Source of the DNA: Candidatus Undinarchaeales archaeon
Lineage (GTDB): Archaea > SpSt-1190 > JASMDC01
Length of the DNA stretch: 64,000 nt
Assembly: GCA_030753015.1 (NCBI GenBank)
Contig: JASMDC010000002.1
Location: 1 to 64,000 of the forward strand
Reading direction: 5' to 3'
Shown: positions 34,501-40,500 of the stretch, in pieces
Layout: every line of letters starts with the position of its first letter
Position numbering within the stretch: the first letter of the stretch is position 1
Translations under genes and position numbers: made by a program
The notes under the pieces: generated by a model
What the model was told of the DNA's origin: nothing
Seen by the model: only the letters and a program-made list of their open reading frames with translations
The model's database searches: none

Positions 34501-37500
34501 GACGGTACGGACATAGTAGGTACCTCCGGTTGTGTCCTCGAACCAGATCCGGTAGTCCGGGGTACCGGCGGTCGGATTGATAGTCTCGGAGCTGACCATG
34601 CTCGCGCAGTCATTTGCGGAGTGGACCGAGATCGCGTCGTCGCCAGAGCGCAGGTCCGCGTGGACCTCGCCTTGGAGCCGGCCTACATCGATATCGGCGG
34701 TGCCTATGCTGGACGTGGACGTCTCCAGTGCGCGGGACGTGCCGTCGCAGAACACGACATAGTAAGTAATCCCGTTCTGCCCGTATATGGAATAGTCGGC
34801 ATTGGTCTGGCTCGAGTCAGTGGACGTGTCGGATGAGGCGTAGAGCTGGCCGGACGCGTCGCATGCACCTGTCCCGGGATCGGTGAGGAACACGCGGACC
34901 GTCGGATTATCGTTCGGGATATCGCCCGAGCCCTTGGCCTCGGGATCGAAGGTGACCTCCTCGCCGCGGTCCATGTCGCTCTCGGTCCTGGCGGCGGAGA
35001 GGCCGGTGGTAGCGCAGGAGGAGGCGGACGAGGAGACGGCGAGCACGACGGAGGAATCGTCCGCCGAGACCTCGTAGTACTGGTAGCCGCTATCGAAGGC
35101 TGCGCCGGTGACCGACTCGCTGGAGAGCAGGTTCCCGCTGATGGCATCGCAGGCGACGATGTAGTGGGAGCTGTCCTCGAGGTCGGTGTGGACCTTGCCG
35201 GTCGCGCTGGTGTTGACACCGCCCACGCTGAAGGTCACGTCCGTCGACGATACCGCCTTGGTGCGGACCAGGCGCTTTGTGGACCCGTCGCAGAGCGTCA
35301 TATAGTAAGTGGGGCCCTGTACGACGTATACTGCCAGGTCGTCACTGCCCGTGACGGACGAGGGGAGGGTCTGGCGGGCCTTGGTGGCATCGGACAAGCA
35401 GCCTGCGTCGGAGGTGAACACGCGCACGGTCTTCTCGGCGAGGGATGCGGGCACTTCACCATGCATCTTTGCAGTCGGTGAGAAAGTGACCGCATAGTCC
35501 GAGGATGAGGGCGTGGTGTCGAGGCTGGCCGCCACGAGGACGGAGGCCGTGCAGTCCGTACTGCTGGTGATGACCACGTCGGGAGTCCCCGAGGTCGATT
35601 CGAAGTAGAGGGCGCCGCCGCCGTTGAACGTGCTCGTGGATACCGACTCGGAGCTGAGGAGCGAACCGCCCACGTCCGAGCACGCAACTACCTTGTACGC
35701 GGCACCGGCCAGGTCGGCGTGGAGGCTGCCGGTGACCTTCGCCACGTGGAGTGCGCTATAGCCCGCAGAGCCCTCCGAGCGTGTGCGTCTGAGGAGGTTG
35801 GTGCTACCGTCGCAGAATGCGACATGGTAGGTCGTGCCCCCCTGTTCCACATAGAGCACGGTGTCGTTGGTGATCCCGAGGGGCGAAGCGTGGAGCGTGT
35901 GCTGGGCTACAAGGGCCGTCCCGCTACACCCGAGGTCCGAGGTGAACACCTTGATGGTCTTGCTGGCCAGGCTACCCGGCACCTCACCATAGAGCTTCAT
36001 ACCTGGAGAGAAGGACGCGGAGAGCGTGGCCGGCACAGTGACATCGAGCTTGGCGGCCTTTAGGTTCGTAGCAGCGCACGAGAGAGCGGACGTCGAAATG
36101 ATGACCTCTGGTGTCGCGATGCTCTCGAAGTAAACCCGGGTGCCTGCATTATACTGCGTGCCGGTCACGTCCCTGGTGGAGAGAGCGGAGCCGCCGATGC
36201 CGTTGCATGCCACCACGTGGTAACTGGCATTGGCCAGCTCCGCATGGGCCGTTCCAGTGAACTCGGCGATGCTGAAGGTGGAGTTACCGCTCGGATCGTC
36301 CGCCGCACGATTGTAGAGCTTTGTGGTGCTATCGCAGAAAGCAACGTGGTAGTTATTGCCTGTACCGTTCTGCAGGTAGACCATCATGTCGTTGGAGATC
36401 CCGGTCGGATTGGAATGGAGAGTGTTGTAGGTCACCAGATCGTTGGTGGCACCGCAGTTCTGAGTAGAGTTGAACACCTGGATCGTCTTGCCGCCCATCG
36501 AGGCAGGTACCTCGCCGGAGAACTTGGCCTGGATGGTCACGGAGTTGGCATAGTCGCTGGTGTCGATGTTGTTGTCGATCGCCGCAGCCACGACGTTGGT
36601 CGCCGCGCAGCTCGCTGCGGAACGGCCTACGACAAGGTCCGGGGTTCCAGCGATGGTGGGAGTGGCGTCGTAGTACACCGGGGATGTGTTTATTGCGCCG
36701 CCGTCAACGTCCTTCGAGCTGAGGGCCGAGCCGGCCACGTTATCACACATGGTGATGTGATACGTTGAGTTGGCGATGTCCGAGTGGAGGGTCGCCGAGA
36801 AGATACCCACGTCGAAGTCCACGTCGGCCACCGAGGAGAGGTCCTTCTGCCGCCGCAGGGAGTAGGAGTTGCTGCTGGTGCACACAGTGAAGTAGTAGGA
36901 GCGGCCGCTCTCCAGGAACAGGTCATAGTCGCCCGAGCCCGCAACGCTGGCGGCGATGGCGCCCTTCCCCCAGTACCCGCTGCTGCCGCAGGCGTATGGT
37001 TCGCCGGTGAAGGCCTTGATGTAACCGCTCCCGAGCGTCGATGGCACGTCCCCACTGACCTTGATGTCAGGGTGGAACCCGTTCAGGTAATCACTGGTGT
37101 CGATGGTGACGTCATGGACCGATGTGACCATGTTCGCCTCGGTGCAGTCAGTGGCACTACCCGAAGAGATGAAGAAGTCCGGGGTCCCCGTGGCCTCGTA
37201 GTACTGTGCTCCCGAGATGTCATACGTGCCCACGGTCACGGACTCGCTGTTCAGGGCGCTGCCATCGATGTCGCTGCAGACCACGATGTAGTCACCGCTG
37301 GTTAGCGAGTCATGGAGATTACCTGTGATACGGCCTACGTGGAGGGTGTAGGCGCCCGAGCTCCCGTGCTGCTCCGTGCGCTCCAGGAGCGTGGTGGTCC
37401 CGTCGCAGTAGTTGACGTAGTAGGTGGTGCCGCCTGACTGCATGTACACGGCGGCATCGTTGCTACCGCCCACGGGATCGGCAGGCAGTGTCCCCCGGGC

Positions 37501-40500
37501 GACCGTGGCAGCCGAGGAGCAGTCGAGATTGGATGCGTACACCTTGACGGTCTTGCTCGCAAGGGCAGCGGGCACCTCGCCATAGACCTTAGTATCGGGA
37601 TTAAAGGTCGAGACGAAGCTCGCGGGAGCGGAGACGTCCAAGCTGGCGGCCACGAGGTTTGCGGCGGCGCACGAACCAGCGGACGTGGAGATGATCAGGT
37701 CCGGAGTGCCGCCGGTGTCGGCATAGTACACCTTGGTCGATGAGTCGTACTGGGTGCCCGTGACGTCCTCGCTACTGAGGGCAGTGCCTCCGATGTCCGT
37801 GCATGCGACACCGTGATAGCTCCCCGTGGCGAGGTCCGCGTGCGCGTCACCGCCGAAGGAGGCAGCGTCCACCGATGTATCGCTGGAGGGCGTGATCTGG
37901 TACTCGAGGACCTTGGCGTCCCCGCTGGTGCACCATACAAGATAGTAGGTACTGCTGGCGGTGAGATGGACGCTCACGTCATTGTCCACAGTTACAGAGG
38001 ACACTGTCGTGTTCCTCGCTGCGAGATCGGTCGTGTCCGTGCACCCCTTGCCGGTGGACGTGAAGGCCAGGAGCTTCCCGCTGGCCAGAGCGCTGGGGAC
38101 ATCGCCGTACACCTTCGTGGCCACCGTGAAGGTATGGGTCAGGTCTCCCTCCACAGCCGCGTTGCGCTTCACTGACCTGATGTTGGTGGCAGCGCATGAG
38201 CTGCTCGAGGTCGAGATGAGGAAGTCCGGTGTTGATGTGGCGGTGGTCTCGAAGTACTGGGCCAGAGTATCGTCGTAATCGGCAGCGGTGCGCGTGAACG
38301 AGGAGATGAGGTTGCCGCCCACATCATCGCACACGAGCATGTACAGCGAGGCGGAGTCCAGGTCGGCGTGGAGGTCACCGGACACCTCACCGACCTCGAG
38401 GTTCACGTCACCTCCGGCCGAGGGCGACTTGGTGGTCATTAAGAGCTTGGCGTTGGGACCCGAGGACTTGCAGAACGAGATGTACACCGAGGTCCCGGAC
38501 TGGACGTATACACGGTAGTCGTCGGTGTCCTCGTTCACATTGGTGTCGACGGTGCCCTTAGCGATCCAGGGCGTCATGCTGCACCCCGTGCCTGAGTTAG
38601 TGGTTGCGGTCACCAGCACCGTGCCGGCCCCGAATGTCCCGGTAAGGTCGCCCGTGTACTTGACGTTCGGCTGGAGCTCGTTGACATAGTCGGATGTGTC
38701 CAGCGTCACGTCCAGGATGGCGGCGACCACGTTCGCCTGGGCGCAGCTGCCGGATGACGAGGTGATGACGAGGTCGGGCGTGCCAGTGGACTGGAAGTAC
38801 ACGTAGGTGCTGCCGCCGTCGTATGTCTGAGCGTTGGTGTTAACGGTGTTGAGGGCAGAGCCGCCCAGGTCACTGCACGCGGCGATGTAGTTTGACGTCG
38901 TGGCAAGATCGTTGTGGATGTCCCCGTGGATCCCCTGGATGCTGAAACTGACGCTCTCTCCCGCATCGTCGATGGTCGCGCTCCCGTAGTAGACCTTGGT
39001 GCTGCTCTCACAAGCGTAGAGGTACCGGGCCGATGCATCCGGTAGCAGGTAGACGGAGTACGTACCATAGCTCCCACCGCTGACGACCGTGGCCGAGTTC
39101 ACCACGGATGCCCCGCAGGCGTCTCCGGTCCCGGTGTGGACCTCGATGGTGTCGCCCACGAGGGAGGTGGGGACATTGCCTGTCAGAACGGCCACGTTCC
39201 ATTCCGTGTCCGAGCTCACCGTCTTCTGTTCTTCGAGCACCGGTGATGTGTGGGTGGCGTCCGTGTCGGCCTTGAGGTACATGGGCGTCGTACCATCGTG
39301 ATAGAAGCGGTACTTATACCCGCTGCCGGTGTTCGTGATGGCGCCACGGTAGAGCGTGTCGTCCGTCTCGTCGGCCTCGTCGTCCATCCACACCGAACCG
39401 GACGTTGTAATGGCTGTAGGGACCTGGCCGTACGTCAGGATGTCGAGGTCCACGGTCGTGGTAGTCCCATTGCCCGACGAGAAGAACACGTACCCGACAT
39501 AGACCTTCGTCGACACGGTGGACGTCGTGCGCAGGTAGTACTTACCGTCGGTGGCGTTGGAACGGAAGTAGGCCGTGTAATCATCACCCCCGCTGCTCGT
39601 GATGCTCTGGGTCGCTGTGTCGACTTGTGCTGTCGCCGCCAGGTCGTCGAACACGTCCACGACACCCGCTGTCTCCAGCTCGCTGTGCGCCTCGCCCTTC
39701 ACGGCCGCCACGTTGACGGTCACCGTGTTCGCCTCCTTGCTGGTGTGGGTCTCGATGATGTGGAGCGCCTCGGTGCCACCGTCGCAATAGTAGATATGGT
39801 ATATCCCGTTGGAGCTCTCGTCGATGGTGACCGAATAGTCGTTGCCTGAGCCGTTTTCGGCCGGTTCGGTGACGTAACCTATAGCGTCGCTGTGGCACTT
39901 GCTGGTAGCCGTCGAGTTGCAGGGCGTATCCGCAGCAGAGCTGAATATGCACACGGCGTCGTTGGAGCTGGTGCTACCTTCGAGTGTCGTGGGGAGCTCG
40001 CCCTGGATGGTATCGTCCTGGGGTACTAGGAGGAACTGGCGATAGATCCGGAAGGTCATGTCCTTTGCAGAATCGGCGGTCCAGGCGGACCCACCGTCGG
40101 TGCTGCCTACATATGTCCCGTCAGAGTATGCGTTCGAGTCCGCCTTGGAGATGAGGTAGCTGTTGTCGGCGTCGGCAGAGACGGGCGAGTAGGCCATCAG
40201 CGCGTAATCCACGCCCGTTGAGAGCTGGGTGAGGTTGTTACCGATGTATACAATGAAGTGGGGATTCTGCTTGTCCGTGAACGAATCTTGGCCCCATCCT
40301 GAACCGGTGTCCCTGGACTTGTCACCCCGGGTGTAACAAGTGGTATCACTGAATCCGCATGCAGAGTGCCATCGGTACTCGTGACTAGAATCACAGCTAT
40401 CAGCTTCTAGGACGATAGCATACAGATGGCCTGCGCGTACCACCGTCGGTGTATCGAACTCGAAATCTACCTCAGTGAAAGCGCTTGCACTGTAATCCCC